NCBI GenBank assembly: GCA_944384395.1
Contig: CALWTD010000012.1
Coordinates: 57,596 to 121,595, forward strand
Source of the DNA: an uncultured Clostridia bacterium
GTDB taxonomy: Bacteria > Bacillota > Clostridia > Christensenellales > UBA1242
Direction of reading: 5' to 3'
Length of the DNA: 64,000 nt
Shown piece by piece: positions 46,829 through 57,035 of this stretch (position 1 is the stretch's first letter; each line of letters starts with the position of its first letter). The notes under the pieces were generated by a model. It was not told the origin of the DNA. It did not search any database and saw nothing but the letters and a program-made list of their open reading frames with translations. The position numbers and the translations under genes were made by a program.

Positions 46829-47896
46829 ATGAATATAAAAGTTGTTCAGTATGGTGTTGGAAAAATGAGCAAGTATACCATGCGCTATGTTATTGAAAAA
46901 GGTTGGGAAATTATTGGAGCATTTGATATAAATCCAAAATTGTTTGGAGTTGATATTAATAAAGTTATGCAAACAAGTAAACCTTATGGAGTAAAAGTTC
47001 AGCCACATACAGAATTTGAACATTTTTTAAAGGAGTATAAACCCAATGTTGTTATTGTTACAACAATGAGTTTATTTAAAGATGTTTATCCTGCACTTGA
47101 AATTTGTGCAAAATGTGGGGTTAATGCAATAACAACTTGTGAAGAAGCATTTTATCCACAAAACAGCAATCCTGTTTTATTTAATAAACTAGATGCAATT
47201 TGCAAACAGACAAATTGTACAATCACAGGAAGTGGTTATCAAGATATATATTGGGGTAATTTAATTGCAAGCATTGCCGGTTCTACTCACAATATAACAA
47301 AAATAATTGGAAAAAGCAGTTATAATGTTGAAGATTGTGGCATCGCACTAGCAAAAGCACATGGTGCAGGCTTAACACTTGACGAATTTGATAAACAAAT
47401 TGCATCAGCTGATAAAATAAGCGAAGAAGAAAGACAAAAAATTATAAACTCAGGTGAATTTCTTCCAAGTTATATGTGGAATGTAAACGGTTGGCTAGCT
47501 GGTAAATTAGGACTACACATAACACATCAAAAACAAGATTGCGTTCCACAAGTTGCAAAAGAAGATTTGCACAGCGAAACATTAAAAATGGATGTCAAAA
47601 AAGGTATGGCAACAGGCATGAGTGCTGTTGTTACATCTCAAACACAAGAGGGTGTTGTCATTGAAAGTCAATGTATTGGAAAAGTTTATTCAAAAGATGA
47701 ATTTGATTCTAATGAATGGACTATTGAGGGTGAACCAACGACAACAATAGTTGTAAATAAACCTCAAACTGTTGAACTAACTTGTGCAACAATAGTTAAT
47801 AGAATTCCTGATGTTATTGAAGCACCTGCTGGATACTTGTCAACAGACAACTTTAACTTACCATCTTACTTTACAAATAAAACAACAGTTAAATAG
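46829..47896 (+). CDS. NAD(P)-dependent oxidoreductase, DapB-N / 2,4-diaminopentanoate dehydrogenase-like
   Basis: N-terminal Rossmann fold (IKVVQYGVGKMSKY) and a general resemblance to the amine dehydrogenase/Ord family. SD is AGGAGG. Confidence 0.45.
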   Translation: MNIKVVQYGVGKMSKYTMRYVIEKGWEIIGAFDINPKLFGVDINKVMQTSKPYGVKVQPHTEFEHFLKEYKPNVVIVTTMSLFKDVYPALEICAKCGVNAITTCEEAFYPQNSNPVLFNKLDAICKQTNCTITGSGYQDIYWGNLIASIAGSTHNITKIIGKSSYNVEDCGIALAKAHGAGLTLDEFDKQIASADKISEEERQKIINSGEFLPSYMWNVNGWLAGKLGLHITHQKQDCVPQVAKEDLHSETLKMDVKKGMATGMSAVVTSQTQEGVVIESQCIGKVYSKDEFDSNEWTIEGEPTTTIVVNKPQTVELTCATIVNRIPDVIEAPAGYLSTDNFNLPSYFTNKTTVK

Positions 47897-47977
47897 TTAT
47901 ATTTATATAACTTATTTTATATTACCTAATAAATATATATTTAAATTTCACAATTATTATTTTATTAAAATATATAG

Positions 47978-48010
47978 CACATTCTATAAAATTTCTAGAA
48001 TGTGTTTTTT
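47978..48010 (+). terminator. Terminator of the 46829-47896 gene
   Basis: CACATTCTA-N9-TAGAATGTG hairpin followed by T6. Confidence 0.75.
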
Positions 48011-48022
48011 ATTAAAATAATA

Positions 48023-48685
48023 TTATTGAAACAAATTATAACCCATTGTTTTTACAACATAAATAGCTCCTTCATTAAAAACATTTATAAGAGAAGACGA
48101 ATTAACTTGTTCATAAAGTATTTGTTCAAATCCTTCAAACTCCATTAAGGATATAATAACAAAACACATCACGCAAACAATCATAACGCCCTTTAAAAAT
48201 CCAAAACATAATCCACAAAAACGGTCAAATGAACCTAAAATAAAAAAGTTTTTTAAATATGTGGAAAGTTTTTTAGCAAACGCCTTTAACATTCCTTTAA
48301 TTATAATAGCAAGCACAACAAAAGATACTATATTGATAATAAAATGAGTTACTGTTTGATATAGTGTTTGTTCGTTTATATGCAAAAAAAATTTAATCAT
48401 AAGAAGTAGTTTGCTATCACTATTAACAAAATTGTTTAGTATTGTAATATCTTTAACCAATGAGCCAACTTTGCTATCTATTTTAAATAATAAATTTAAC
48501 AAGTCAACAAAATATGGTAATAATAAATAAGTAAAATAAATAGAAAGAACAAAACAAAGTATAGAAAATAAAGAAATAAGCATTCCTTTTTTAAAGCCAA
48601 TAGCAGAAAAGATACATAATAATGAAATGATTACTATATCAATTATCACTTCATAATTATTACATAAATTAATATTTTTATTCAT
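48023..48685 (-). CDS. CvpA-like membrane protein
   Basis: Four to five TM helices and a CvpA-like N-terminus (DIVIISLLCIFSAIGFKKGML). Confidence 0.4.
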   Translation of the reverse strand: MNKNINLCNNYEVIIDIVIISLLCIFSAIGFKKGMLISLFSILCFVLSIYFTYLLLPYFVDLLNLLFKIDSKVGSLVKDITILNNFVNSDSKLLLMIKFFLHINEQTLYQTVTHFIINIVSFVVLAIIIKGMLKAFAKKLSTYLKNFFILGSFDRFCGLCFGFLKGVMIVCVMCFVIISLMEFEGFEQILYEQVNSSSLINVFNEGAIYVVKTMGYNLFQ

Positions 48686-48997
48686 ATATCAAAAAAAATT
48701 TTCTTATAATATAAATACTATAAACTGTGTTTTTTGCTTAAAAATGGGTATTAAAAAATCTTAATTATAAAGCATTTTTATACACTTTTTTGAACACTTA
48801 CTTATTTGTACCAATTTTTTGCTCTTATAATCCATTTTTTTATTTTATATACAATTTTTTTGTTGTTCTTATAAAAAATTAAAATCAAATTTTATAATTA
48901 TAATATAAACATGGATATAACAAAAAAGTAAATTTTTAATTTTTTATTTAATAAGTAAATAATATATATGTTTGTTTAACATTTTATATTTTAAATT

Positions 48998-49571
48998 TGT
49001 TTCACATGAAACATTTTAAAACAATAAATATAAATATCAAAAAATTTTTAAAAATAAGAAAACTTTTTAAACACTATTTCAATTTTTACATTAAATAATT
49101 ATGATATTTTTTATATGCTTTGTTTTTTTTATGTTTCACGTGAAACAAAAACAAAAAAATTAGACAAAATATACTATACGCATAAAATTTTATTATAAAT
49201 AAAACGATTTTAAATTTATTATTTTTGCCAAAAATGTTTCATGTGAAACATTTTTGTGAAAGAAAATAAAAGAATATTTAAAACAACCACCTTTTATTTA
49301 CATAATATAATCTATATTAAATATTTAACCAAAAGACTATCATTTGCTATAAAGTTCTGAATATGTTTCACGTGAAACATAATTTAATTATTAAAAAGCT
49401 TTATATATTGTGCTTGTTAATATCTATATCAATCAATTCTATATTAAAACATACAAAAATGTTTCATGTGATACAATTTTAACTTTAAATCTCCTTTTTT
49501 GTTGTTTTGTTATATACTTATATGATTATAGAGAATATAATATGAAATATGTTTTTGTTTCACGTGAAACA
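48998..49571. repeat. Array of six parS (ParB-binding) 16-bp palindromes
   Basis: Three perfect TGTTTCACGTGAAACA sites at 49132-49147, 49364-49379 and 49556-49571. One-mismatch sites at 48998-49013 (CACATG) and 49235-49250 (CATGTG). Two-mismatch site at 49460-49475. Spacings are 134, 103, 129, 96 and 96 bp. Confidence 0.85.
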
Positions 49572-49583
49572 AATAAAATCTAG

Positions 49584-49701
49584 TTATACACAAAGTTATC
49601 CACATTTTTGTTTAAAAATGTGGATAACTAACTGTTTTATACCTATTTTTTGTGTTTTAGATTCTGTTTTTAATAAGTTTTTATCTTTTTATTGTGGATA
49701 A
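49584..49701. promoter_or_regulatory. DnaA-box cluster next to the parS array
   Basis: TTATACACA at 49584-49592 (one mismatch). Perfect TTATCCACA at 49596-49604 and TGTGGATAA at 49619-49627 form a 16-bp inverted repeat (AGTTATCCACATTTTT / AAAAATGTGGATAACT). Perfect TGTGGATAA at 49693-49701. Confidence 0.75.
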
Positions 49702-49750
49702 CTTTATTATAAAATAAAAAAAACATATCTTATTTGATATGTTTTATGTT

Positions 49751-50728
49751 TTATTGTACATGCTTTTTATTATATTCGCTTAAATCTTTTAATGTTAATG
49801 TTTTTGTTTTTAAAAGTTCAAGAAGTTCTGCAATTCTATCTAAATCATCTCTTGAATAATAATCTATATATATTCTACCTTTTCTATCGCTTCCAATTGC
49901 TGAAACTTTTGTTGCAAAAACTCTTTGCATTTCATTTATAAGTTCTTTTAGTTCTAAACTTTGCTCAGGTGGTGTGTTTTTTGTGCTTGCTTTTGGATTT
50001 AAATATTGTTTTACTAATTTTTCAAGTTCTCTTACTGTTATTTTGCCATCACACGCTGCCATTGCAAATTTGTATTGTGCTTTTGCATCATTAATAACAA
50101 CTAAACATCTTGCGTGTCCTGCTGTTAGTTTGTTTTGTTCTACAAGACTAATAACTTCTGGACATAAAGACAATAATCTTAATGTGTTTGCTATATTTGG
50201 TCTACTTATACCAATTCTATCAGCAACAGTTTCTTGTGTAAAATTATATTCTTCCATAAGTTGTTTTATTGCTCTGGCTGCTTCAATTGGATTTAAGTCT
50301 TCTCTTTGCAAGTTTTCAATTATCGAAATTTCTTTTATTTGTCTTTCTGTATAATTCTTTACAACACAAGGCACAGTATCAAGTCCTGCTATTTTACTTG
50401 CACGCCATCTTCTTTCTCCGGCAATAATCATGTATCCGTTTTCTTCTTTGTTTACAACAATAGGTTGTATTACGCCATGTGTTTTAATCGAAGTTGCTAA
50501 TTCATTTAATGCTTCTTCATTAAAGTTCTTTCTTGGTTGGTTAGGATTTGCATGTATAAGTTTTATATCTATTTCATTTACTCCACTTTCTTTTTTAGAT
50601 TTTATTATTTCATTTGATAATGCAGGGGAGTTGTTTTGTTCTTCTTTATTCAATCCTTCAACTTCTTCATCATATATTGATAACAATGCACCTAATCCTT
50701 TACCCAATCCCATTTTCTTTTGAACCAT
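49751..50728 (-). CDS. parB: Chromosome partitioning protein ParB/Spo0J
   Basis: QPRK, GERRWRA, and HTH motifs. Located downstream of parA. Confidence 0.95.
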   Translation of the reverse strand: MVQKKMGLGKGLGALLSIYDEEVEGLNKEEQNNSPALSNEIIKSKKESGVNEIDIKLIHANPNQPRKNFNEEALNELATSIKTHGVIQPIVVNKEENGYMIIAGERRWRASKIAGLDTVPCVVKNYTERQIKEISIIENLQREDLNPIEAARAIKQLMEEYNFTQETVADRIGISRPNIANTLRLLSLCPEVISLVEQNKLTAGHARCLVVINDAKAQYKFAMAACDGKITVRELEKLVKQYLNPKASTKNTPPEQSLELKELINEMQRVFATKVSAIGSDRKGRIYIDYYSRDDLDRIAELLELLKTKTLTLKDLSEYNKKHVQ

Positions 50729-50730
50729 TT

Positions 50731-51546
50731 TTATTCACCTCTCAACTTAAATTTTGTATTTTTAGTTATTTTATTATAACTAATTTTATTTCTATTCAAT
50801 ATTTCTTCTGCTAAACTTTGATACGCATTGGCACCTTTTGAAGATGTGTCATATAAAATAATAGGTAGTCCATGACTTGGTGCTTCTGCTAATCTTACAT
50901 TTCTTGGAATATATGTTTCATAAACCTTTGTATTAAAAAATTTTTTTACTTCTTCACTTACTTGTGCAACTAAATTTGAACGATTATCTTTCATAGTTAA
51001 AACAACACCTTCAATTTTTAGTTCAGGGTTTAAATGATGTATTATTAGTCTTATTGTATTCATTAATTGAGTAAGTCCTTCAAGTGCAAAAAACTCGCAT
51101 TGAATTGGAATTATAACAGAATCTGATGCAGTGAGAGCATTTACTGTTAAAAGACCGAGTGATGGTGGGCAATCTATAAAAATAAAGTCATATCTATCTT
51201 TTATTCTATTAAGTGCGTTTTTTACAACATGTTCTCTTGCGTTCATTTGAACCAAGTCAATTTCTGCGCCTGCCAAATCTACTGTTGATGGTACTATATC
51301 TAATCCATATAGTCGAGTGGGTAAAATAACTTCATCAATAATTACTTCTTTATCTATAACATTATAAAGTGTTTTAAGGTCGTTATTTTTTTCTACACCA
51401 ACACCACTTGTTGCATTTCCTTGTGGGTCCATATCAATAATCAAAACCTTTTTACCCATAGCAGCAATATAAGCAGCCACATTTATGCAAGTTGTTGTTT
51501 TACCAACACCACCTTTTTGATTTGCAAATGCTATAATTTTTCCCAT
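50731..51546 (-). CDS. parA: Chromosome partitioning ATPase ParA/Soj
   Basis: Deviant Walker A (NQKGGVGKTT), with DMDPQGN and DCPPSLG motifs. Confidence 0.95.
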   Translation of the reverse strand: MGKIIAFANQKGGVGKTTTCINVAAYIAAMGKKVLIIDMDPQGNATSGVGVEKNNDLKTLYNVIDKEVIIDEVILPTRLYGLDIVPSTVDLAGAEIDLVQMNAREHVVKNALNRIKDRYDFIFIDCPPSLGLLTVNALTASDSVIIPIQCEFFALEGLTQLMNTIRLIIHHLNPELKIEGVVLTMKDNRSNLVAQVSEEVKKFFNTKVYETYIPRNVRLAEAPSHGLPIILYDTSSKGANAYQSLAEEILNRNKISYNKITKNTKFKLRGE

Positions 51547-51731
51547 TACAACCTCTAAATTTTAACATTTCTTATTATATATAAGATTATAACATAATAA
51601 TACAATAAAAATCAATAATTTTAAATATTAAACGATTTAAGCAAGTATTGACACAATAAAAAAAAAGAATTAAACTATACATAGTTAATATTAAATATAA
51701 ATATATAAATTATCAAAATAAGGAACAAAAA

Positions 51732-52898
51732 ATGATTATCAAAAAAGAAGGTAATACAGTAGGTTTAATAAGACAAATTGAAAATATTTTAAATACTGAA
51801 AAATATAGAGATTTATCTACTAAGCAAAAAATTTGTATGTTGTATTTAAAATATACAATGCTGTGTTTAGATATAAATGAAATAAATTTAGAATATTTAA
51901 ACGAAACATCTCTAACATACGGAAGTTATGTAAAGGATCAAAATCTAATCTATATAAATCCAAAGGAAATAAAAAACAAAAGTTCGATAAGTGCACTTAC
52001 AACTATATCTCATGAATTAAGACATTGTTTTCAAAATAAACAAATGAAGCCTTTTAAAGAATTTAATGTTTTTAAAAAAAGTTCTTATCCTATTGAAGTT
52101 TTTGATTCTTATTTAAATTTTATTTTAAGCGTTAAAAAAATCGATTTGTATAAATATTATTACTCATCTAGATTAGAAAAAGATGCCCGAGATTATTCAA
52201 TAAAAAGTGTTAAATTTTTATACAATGTTATGTTTTTAGAATGCAAAAAAGGAACATTTGCTCATAAATGGGCGAAAAAAGAATTAAAAAGAATACAAAA
52301 ATTAGAGAAAAAAGAAGAAAAGAAATATAATAAATCTTATGACCATGTTGAAAAAACTTATAGACAATTAACACATATTGTAAAACATCAAATTTTAAGT
52401 TTGATAAAAATAAATTCATATAATATTACAGAAAAGAAAAACTCAGACTTAAATAATTATATTAAAAAACATTTTGAAAATTATTTATATGTTTATTGTG
52501 ATGATGAAATTACAAACAAAATAATTGAATATTGCATACAAGTAGATGATGTTGAAACATTATTTATGTGTTTAAATCATCCTTACACAAGAATTACTGA
52601 AAAACAATTTAAAGAGTGTGTAAATTACTTGCAAAAGAACTCGTTTTTTCATGAACAAGATATAGTATCATTTCTTGTAAATTGGAAAAAAGAATTTTTG
52701 GCAGAATACTTTAATAAAAATGATGAAATGATAGACAATTCTATTTCTTTGGATAATATTTTTGAAAACTGCAAAAAATTTGTAAAAAAGAAAAATTTAA
52801 AACATTTTAAAAATTTACAAATTAAAAATACACACACAAATAATAATATAAATAAAAATGTAAATATAAATAAAAAACAAAAATATTGTGAAAAATAA
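51732..52898 (+). CDS. Hypothetical protein with an HExxH zinc-metallopeptidase-like motif
   Basis: TTISHELRHCFQNK, with a possible third ligand about 55 aa later (RLEKDARD). The remainder is Lys/Asn-rich and helical. SD is AAGGA. Confidence 0.4.
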   Translation: MIIKKEGNTVGLIRQIENILNTEKYRDLSTKQKICMLYLKYTMLCLDINEINLEYLNETSLTYGSYVKDQNLIYINPKEIKNKSSISALTTISHELRHCFQNKQMKPFKEFNVFKKSSYPIEVFDSYLNFILSVKKIDLYKYYYSSRLEKDARDYSIKSVKFLYNVMFLECKKGTFAHKWAKKELKRIQKLEKKEEKKYNKSYDHVEKTYRQLTHIVKHQILSLIKINSYNITEKKNSDLNNYIKKHFENYLYVYCDDEITNKIIEYCIQVDDVETLFMCLNHPYTRITEKQFKECVNYLQKNSFFHEQDIVSFLVNWKKEFLAEYFNKNDEMIDNSISLDNIFENCKKFVKKKNLKHFKNLQIKNTHTNNNINKNVNINKKQKYCEK

Positions 52899-52901
52899 CA
52901 A

Positions 52902-52928
52902 AAAACTCACAAAAATGTGAGTTTTTTT
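52902..52928 (+). terminator. Terminator of the 51732-52898 gene
   Basis: AAAACTCACA-aaaa-TGTGAGTTTT hairpin followed by Ts. Confidence 0.8.
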
Positions 52929-52983
52929 GATTTTTTCTATATTTTTTTATATTTTATTGTGTTTTTTATAGAATTTTTATATT

Positions 52984-53685
52984 TTATATTATTGGTTTAC
53001 TTTTTGCCAAATTTTTTCCTCTTGGATATGTTAGGGGAGTGTGCTTATCTTTTTTTATTATTATGTTAACTCTTATACTGTCCATTTCTTTTACAAAAAC
53101 ACTTTGCAAATTCATAACTTTTCCGCCTAATATATTTAGTGCATTTTTTGCTTCATTTAATTCTTCGTCTGCTTTTAAACTTTTATAAGCAATCATAATA
53201 CCATTTAGTTTTACAAGTGGCAAACAATATTCGAGTAGTGTGTTTAATTTTGCAACAGCTCTTGCTACGCATACATCAAAATGTTCTCTTTTTAATTTTG
53301 CGTAATCTTCTGCTCTTGTGTGTATTACTTCAATATTTTTTAAATTCAATTTTTGAATTACACTTTTTAAAAATTCAACACGCTTATTTAAGCTGTCTAT
53401 CATTTTTATTTTTATATCTGGTCTTAAAATTTTTAAAGGAATTGAAGGAAATCCTGCTCCGGCACCAACATCAACTAAAGTTGAATTTTCTTTTATTGTG
53501 TTTATTGGCAAAACACTGTCTAATATGTTTTTTACTGCAAAATCTTTTTCATCGGTTATGTTTGTTAAATTCATGACCTGATTTTTTTCTATAACCATTT
53601 GATAAAAGATTTCTAATTGATTAAGTTTTTCTTCATCAAATTCTATATTATATTTAATAAATAAATTTTTTAACAGTTCTTTCAT
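52984..53685 (-). CDS. rsmG: 16S rRNA (guanine527-N7)-methyltransferase RsmG
   Basis: DVGAGAGFPSIPLKI SAM motif. Located downstream of mnmG. Confidence 0.9.
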   Translation of the reverse strand: MKELLKNLFIKYNIEFDEEKLNQLEIFYQMVIEKNQVMNLTNITDEKDFAVKNILDSVLPINTIKENSTLVDVGAGAGFPSIPLKILRPDIKIKMIDSLNKRVEFLKSVIQKLNLKNIEVIHTRAEDYAKLKREHFDVCVARAVAKLNTLLEYCLPLVKLNGIMIAYKSLKADEELNEAKNALNILGGKVMNLQSVFVKEMDSIRVNIIIKKDKHTPLTYPRGKNLAKSKPII

Positions 53686-53695
53686 ATTTTTCCTT

Positions 53696-55567
53696 TTATT
53701 TTTGCATAGATTTTACATACATAATTAAAATTGTTACATCAGCAGGGGAAACTCCTGAAATCCTTGATGCTTGTCCTATGCTTATAGGTTTTATTTTATC
53801 AAGTTTTTGTTGGGCTTCTATTCGTAATCCTTTTATTTTTTTATAGTCAAAATCTTTTGGAATCAATAGATTTTCTTGTTCTTTAAACTTTTTAATGTCT
53901 TCTTTTTCTTGATTTATATAACCTTCAAATTTGACTTCTGTGTTTACATATTCTAAAACTCTTTTATCAAACTCATCAAATAAATGATATTTTTCGTTAA
54001 CTTTAAAAATGTCTATATTGCTTCTTTTAATCATTTTATAAACTGTTTGCGATGTGGTTGGTACTGACTCATTATACATTTTATAAAAATCTTCAAGTTC
54101 TTGTCCTATTTTTATTTTTGTATTTAAAAGTTCATAAACTTTTTTTATTTGTTTTTGTTTTTCTTGGAATGTTTCCCATCTTTCTTTTGTTACAAGACCT
54201 ATTTCTTTTCCAATTTTTGTAAGTCTAACATCTGCATTATCTTGACGCAAGTATAATCTATATTCTGCTCGTGAAGTCATCATTCTATAAGGTTCATTTG
54301 TACCTTTTGTTACTAGGTCGTCAATTAAAACGCCAATATATGCTTCATCTCTACCAAGAATTAAAGGTTCTTTATTTTCTATATATCTGCTTGCATTTAT
54401 TCCTGCAATTAAGCCTTGTGCAGCCGCTTCTTCGTAGCCACTTGTGCCGTTTACTTGTCCAGCAAAAAATAACCCATTTATTGTTTTATATTCCAAACTT
54501 GGTTTTAAATTTGTGCTATCAATACAATCATATTCAATTGCATATGCATCTCTCATAATTTCTGCATGTTCTAAACCTTCAATAGTTTTATACATTTGTT
54601 TTTGGACATCGACAGGTAGGGAAGTTGATACACCTTGCACATAAATTTCGTTTGTATAAAGTCCTTCTGGCTCCAAAAAAATTTGATGTCTTTCTTTGTC
54701 GCTAAACCTTACAATTTTATCTTCAATACTTGGGCAATATCTTGGACCAACACCTTTAATGACACCACTAAACATTGGTGCTCTAGATAAGTTTGCTCTT
54801 ATTATGTCATGAGTTTTTTGATTTGTGTATGTTAAATAACAAACAGAAACATTTTTTGGTTGTTTTTTTGTTAAAAAACTAAAACTTTGTATTCCTTCAT
54901 CACCATATTGAGTTACTAGTTTTGAAAAATCAACAGTTCTTCCATTCATTCTTGCAGGAGTACCTGTTTTAAAACGCCTAATTTGTATATTGTTGTCTAA
55001 TAAACTTTGAGTTAAATTTTCTGCTCTTAAAAATCCATTTGGACCACTTTCTTTGCTATATTCTCCAATTATTATTTTGCTTTTTAAGTATACACCTGTG
55101 CAAATAACAATGGTTTTACAATAATATTTTTCACCTTGTGCAGTTTCTACGCCTTTAACTGTGTTATTTTCAATTATTAAATTTTTTGCTTCGGCTTGTT
55201 TTATATATATATTTTCATTTTCTTCAAGCGTTCGTTTCATGTTATTGTGATAAAGTTGTTTATCAACTTGTGCTCTAAGTGAATACACTGCTGGACCTTT
55301 ACCTAAATTAAGCATGCGTATTTGAATGGCACTTTTATCTGTATTTATACCCATTTCTCCACCAAGAGCATCAATCTCACAAACAAGATGACCTTTTGCA
55401 GTTCCACCAATACTTGGATTGCAAGGCAAAAATCCAATTGCATCAAGATTTATTGTTAGAAGTAGAGTTTTTTTATTTAAACGTGCCAGACTTAATGCAG
55501 ATTCGCAACCTGCATGACCAGCACCAATAACTATTGCGTCAAATATATAATCGTTGTTTTCTTTCAT
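53696..55567 (-). CDS. mnmG: tRNA uridine 5-carboxymethylaminomethyl modification enzyme MnmG
   Basis: FAD motif ([11 protein letters not shown]) and full-length GidA colinearity. Confidence 0.95.
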   Translation of the reverse strand: MKENNDYIFDAIVIGAGHAGCESALSLARLNKKTLLLTINLDAIGFLPCNPSIGGTAKGHLVCEIDALGGEMGINTDKSAIQIRMLNLGKGPAVYSLRAQVDKQLYHNNMKRTLEENENIYIKQAEAKNLIIENNTVKGVETAQGEKYYCKTIVICTGVYLKSKIIIGEYSKESGPNGFLRAENLTQSLLDNNIQIRRFKTGTPARMNGRTVDFSKLVTQYGDEGIQSFSFLTKKQPKNVSVCYLTYTNQKTHDIIRANLSRAPMFSGVIKGVGPRYCPSIEDKIVRFSDKERHQIFLEPEGLYTNEIYVQGVSTSLPVDVQKQMYKTIEGLEHAEIMRDAYAIEYDCIDSTNLKPSLEYKTINGLFFAGQVNGTSGYEEAAAQGLIAGINASRYIENKEPLILGRDEAYIGVLIDDLVTKGTNEPYRMMTSRAEYRLYLRQDNADVRLTKIGKEIGLVTKERWETFQEKQKQIKKVYELLNTKIKIGQELEDFYKMYNESVPTTSQTVYKMIKRSNIDIFKVNEKYHLFDEFDKRVLEYVNTEVKFEGYINQEKEDIKKFKEQENLLIPKDFDYKKIKGLRIEAQQKLDKIKPISIGQASRISGVSPADVTILIMYVKSMQK

Positions 55568-55623
55568 ATTTTTAAACTATTTTTTGTATTTATTTGTTAA
55601 ATATTTATATAGTTCTCCTTTGT

Positions 55624-56955
55624 TTATTTTCCTAAGCAAAACTTTGAAAATATTCCATCTATAATACTTTCAGTTTCACTTTCTCCTGTTATTTTACCAA
55701 GCGTTGACCACACTTTTTTTGTTTGTTGGTCAACAATATCAGCAGTTTGAGTTTGCACTGCAATAAGTGCATTATCAATATCAATTAATGTTTGTTTTAA
55801 AATTTCTGTATGCCTTTGATTTGTTATATAAATTTGAGAAAAGTCTATTTTGTTTAATTTTGCAAGTTCAATTATTTTTTCTTTTATTTCATCAATATTT
55901 TTATTTTCACTTGCACTAACTAAAATCGCATTATCCATATTTAAAACAATCTTTTTATCAGTTTTATTTAAAACAAAAATAACATTTTTGTTTTTTGTTA
56001 AATTTATAAGTTTTTTATCTTCTTCATCTAGATTTTCACTTGCATCTAAAACGCACAAAACAATGTCGCTTTGCTCTATACATTTTTTACTTCTTTCTAT
56101 TCCAATTTTTTCTACAATATCTTCACTTTCTCGTATTCCTGCTGTGTCTATAAAATTTATTTTTATTCCTTTATATAGTATTGTCTCTTTTAAAACATCT
56201 CTTGTTGTACCTTTTACATCTGTTACAATGGCTCTATCTTCGCCAATTAAGCAGTTGAGTAAACTCGACTTTCCAACGTTTGGTTTTCCAATTATTGCAA
56301 CATTTATACCAAAACGAATTTTTTCTCCTGTTGTTTGTGTTTTTACCAATTTTGAAATTTCTTTTTTTGTAGATAACAACACATCTTTTATATTGTTTAT
56401 AGAAGCATATTCATCATCATGCTCTGGATAATCTATTGAAACTTCCAAATCAACTAAACAATCTTTTATTTTGTCTTGTAGTTGTTTTATTTGATTTGTA
56501 AATTTACCACTAAGCAAAAGGCTTGTTGCTTTTATTTCTGCATCACTTGTTGCGTTTATCATATCAATCATTGATTCGGCATCGTTTAGTGTCATTTTTC
56601 CATTTATAAAAGCACGCTTAGAAAACTCGCCATTTTCGGCAAGTGAGCAACCGTTATTTAAAAGTGTTTCTAGTACTTTTGTTGCTAAATATTCACCACC
56701 ATGAATTTGAAATTCAATAACATCTTCGCCTGTAAAAGAGTAGGGTTCTTTAAAATATACCATCATACACTTTTCTGTTGCTTGTTCTAGTTGAAATTTA
56801 CCCAAGTATAATTTTCGTGGTTCTATGTTTTCTTTGTTTAAATTTTTTGCATGAAAAAGACTAAAAGCAATTTCTTTTGCTTTATCTCCACTCATTCTTA
56901 CTATTGCAATTCCACCACTTCCAAGTGGTGTTGAAATTTGTGCTATTGTTTTCAT
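55624..56955 (-). CDS. mnmE: tRNA modification GTPase MnmE
   Basis: TIAQISTPLGSGGIAIVRMSG N-terminus, G-domain (GKPNVGKSS, DTAGIR, NKTD), and C-terminal FCLGK. Start moved to 56955. Confidence 0.95.
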   Translation of the reverse strand: MKTIAQISTPLGSGGIAIVRMSGDKAKEIAFSLFHAKNLNKENIEPRKLYLGKFQLEQATEKCMMVYFKEPYSFTGEDVIEFQIHGGEYLATKVLETLLNNGCSLAENGEFSKRAFINGKMTLNDAESMIDMINATSDAEIKATSLLLSGKFTNQIKQLQDKIKDCLVDLEVSIDYPEHDDEYASINNIKDVLLSTKKEISKLVKTQTTGEKIRFGINVAIIGKPNVGKSSLLNCLIGEDRAIVTDVKGTTRDVLKETILYKGIKINFIDTAGIRESEDIVEKIGIERSKKCIEQSDIVLCVLDASENLDEEDKKLINLTKNKNVIFVLNKTDKKIVLNMDNAILVSASENKNIDEIKEKIIELAKLNKIDFSQIYITNQRHTEILKQTLIDIDNALIAVQTQTADIVDQQTKKVWSTLGKITGESETESIIDGIFSKFCLGK

Positions 56956-56962
56956 GAGTACA

Positions 56963-56971
56963 ATTATACCA
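56963..56971 (-). promoter_or_regulatory. Extended -10 lying 7 nt upstream of the mnmE ATG
   Basis: The minus strand reads TGgTATAAT, then tgtactc, then ATG. No SD. Confidence 0.5.
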
Positions 56972-57005
56972 TTATGTAAATAAAATAACAATTCTATTTT
57001 TTATA

Positions 57006-57035
57006 AATAAATAAAAACTCTTTAAAAGAGTTTTT
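57006..57035 (-). terminator. Terminator of the HipA-like gene (overlaps its stop codon)
   Basis: Palindrome AAAAACTCTT-taa-AAGAGTTTTT. Confidence 0.5.

Noticed and set aside
48686-49750. The 1.06-kb AT-rich parS/DnaA-box spacer as the primary replication origin.
   Set aside because: It has perfect DnaA boxes and long A/T tracts, but I see no DnaA-trio array. Genes on both sides are on the same strand. The dnaA-dnaN spacer has the full box-trio-DUE module and coincides with a strand switch at dnaA. This spacer is kept as a DnaA-box cluster and centromere finding instead.
55568-55623. AAAGGAGA immediately after the mnmE stop looked like an SD for an unannotated small ORF or an alternative mnmG start.
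   Set aside because: No ATG, GTG or TTG lies at a suitable distance downstream in an open frame. The mnmG N-terminus ([20 protein letters not shown]) already matches the family start.
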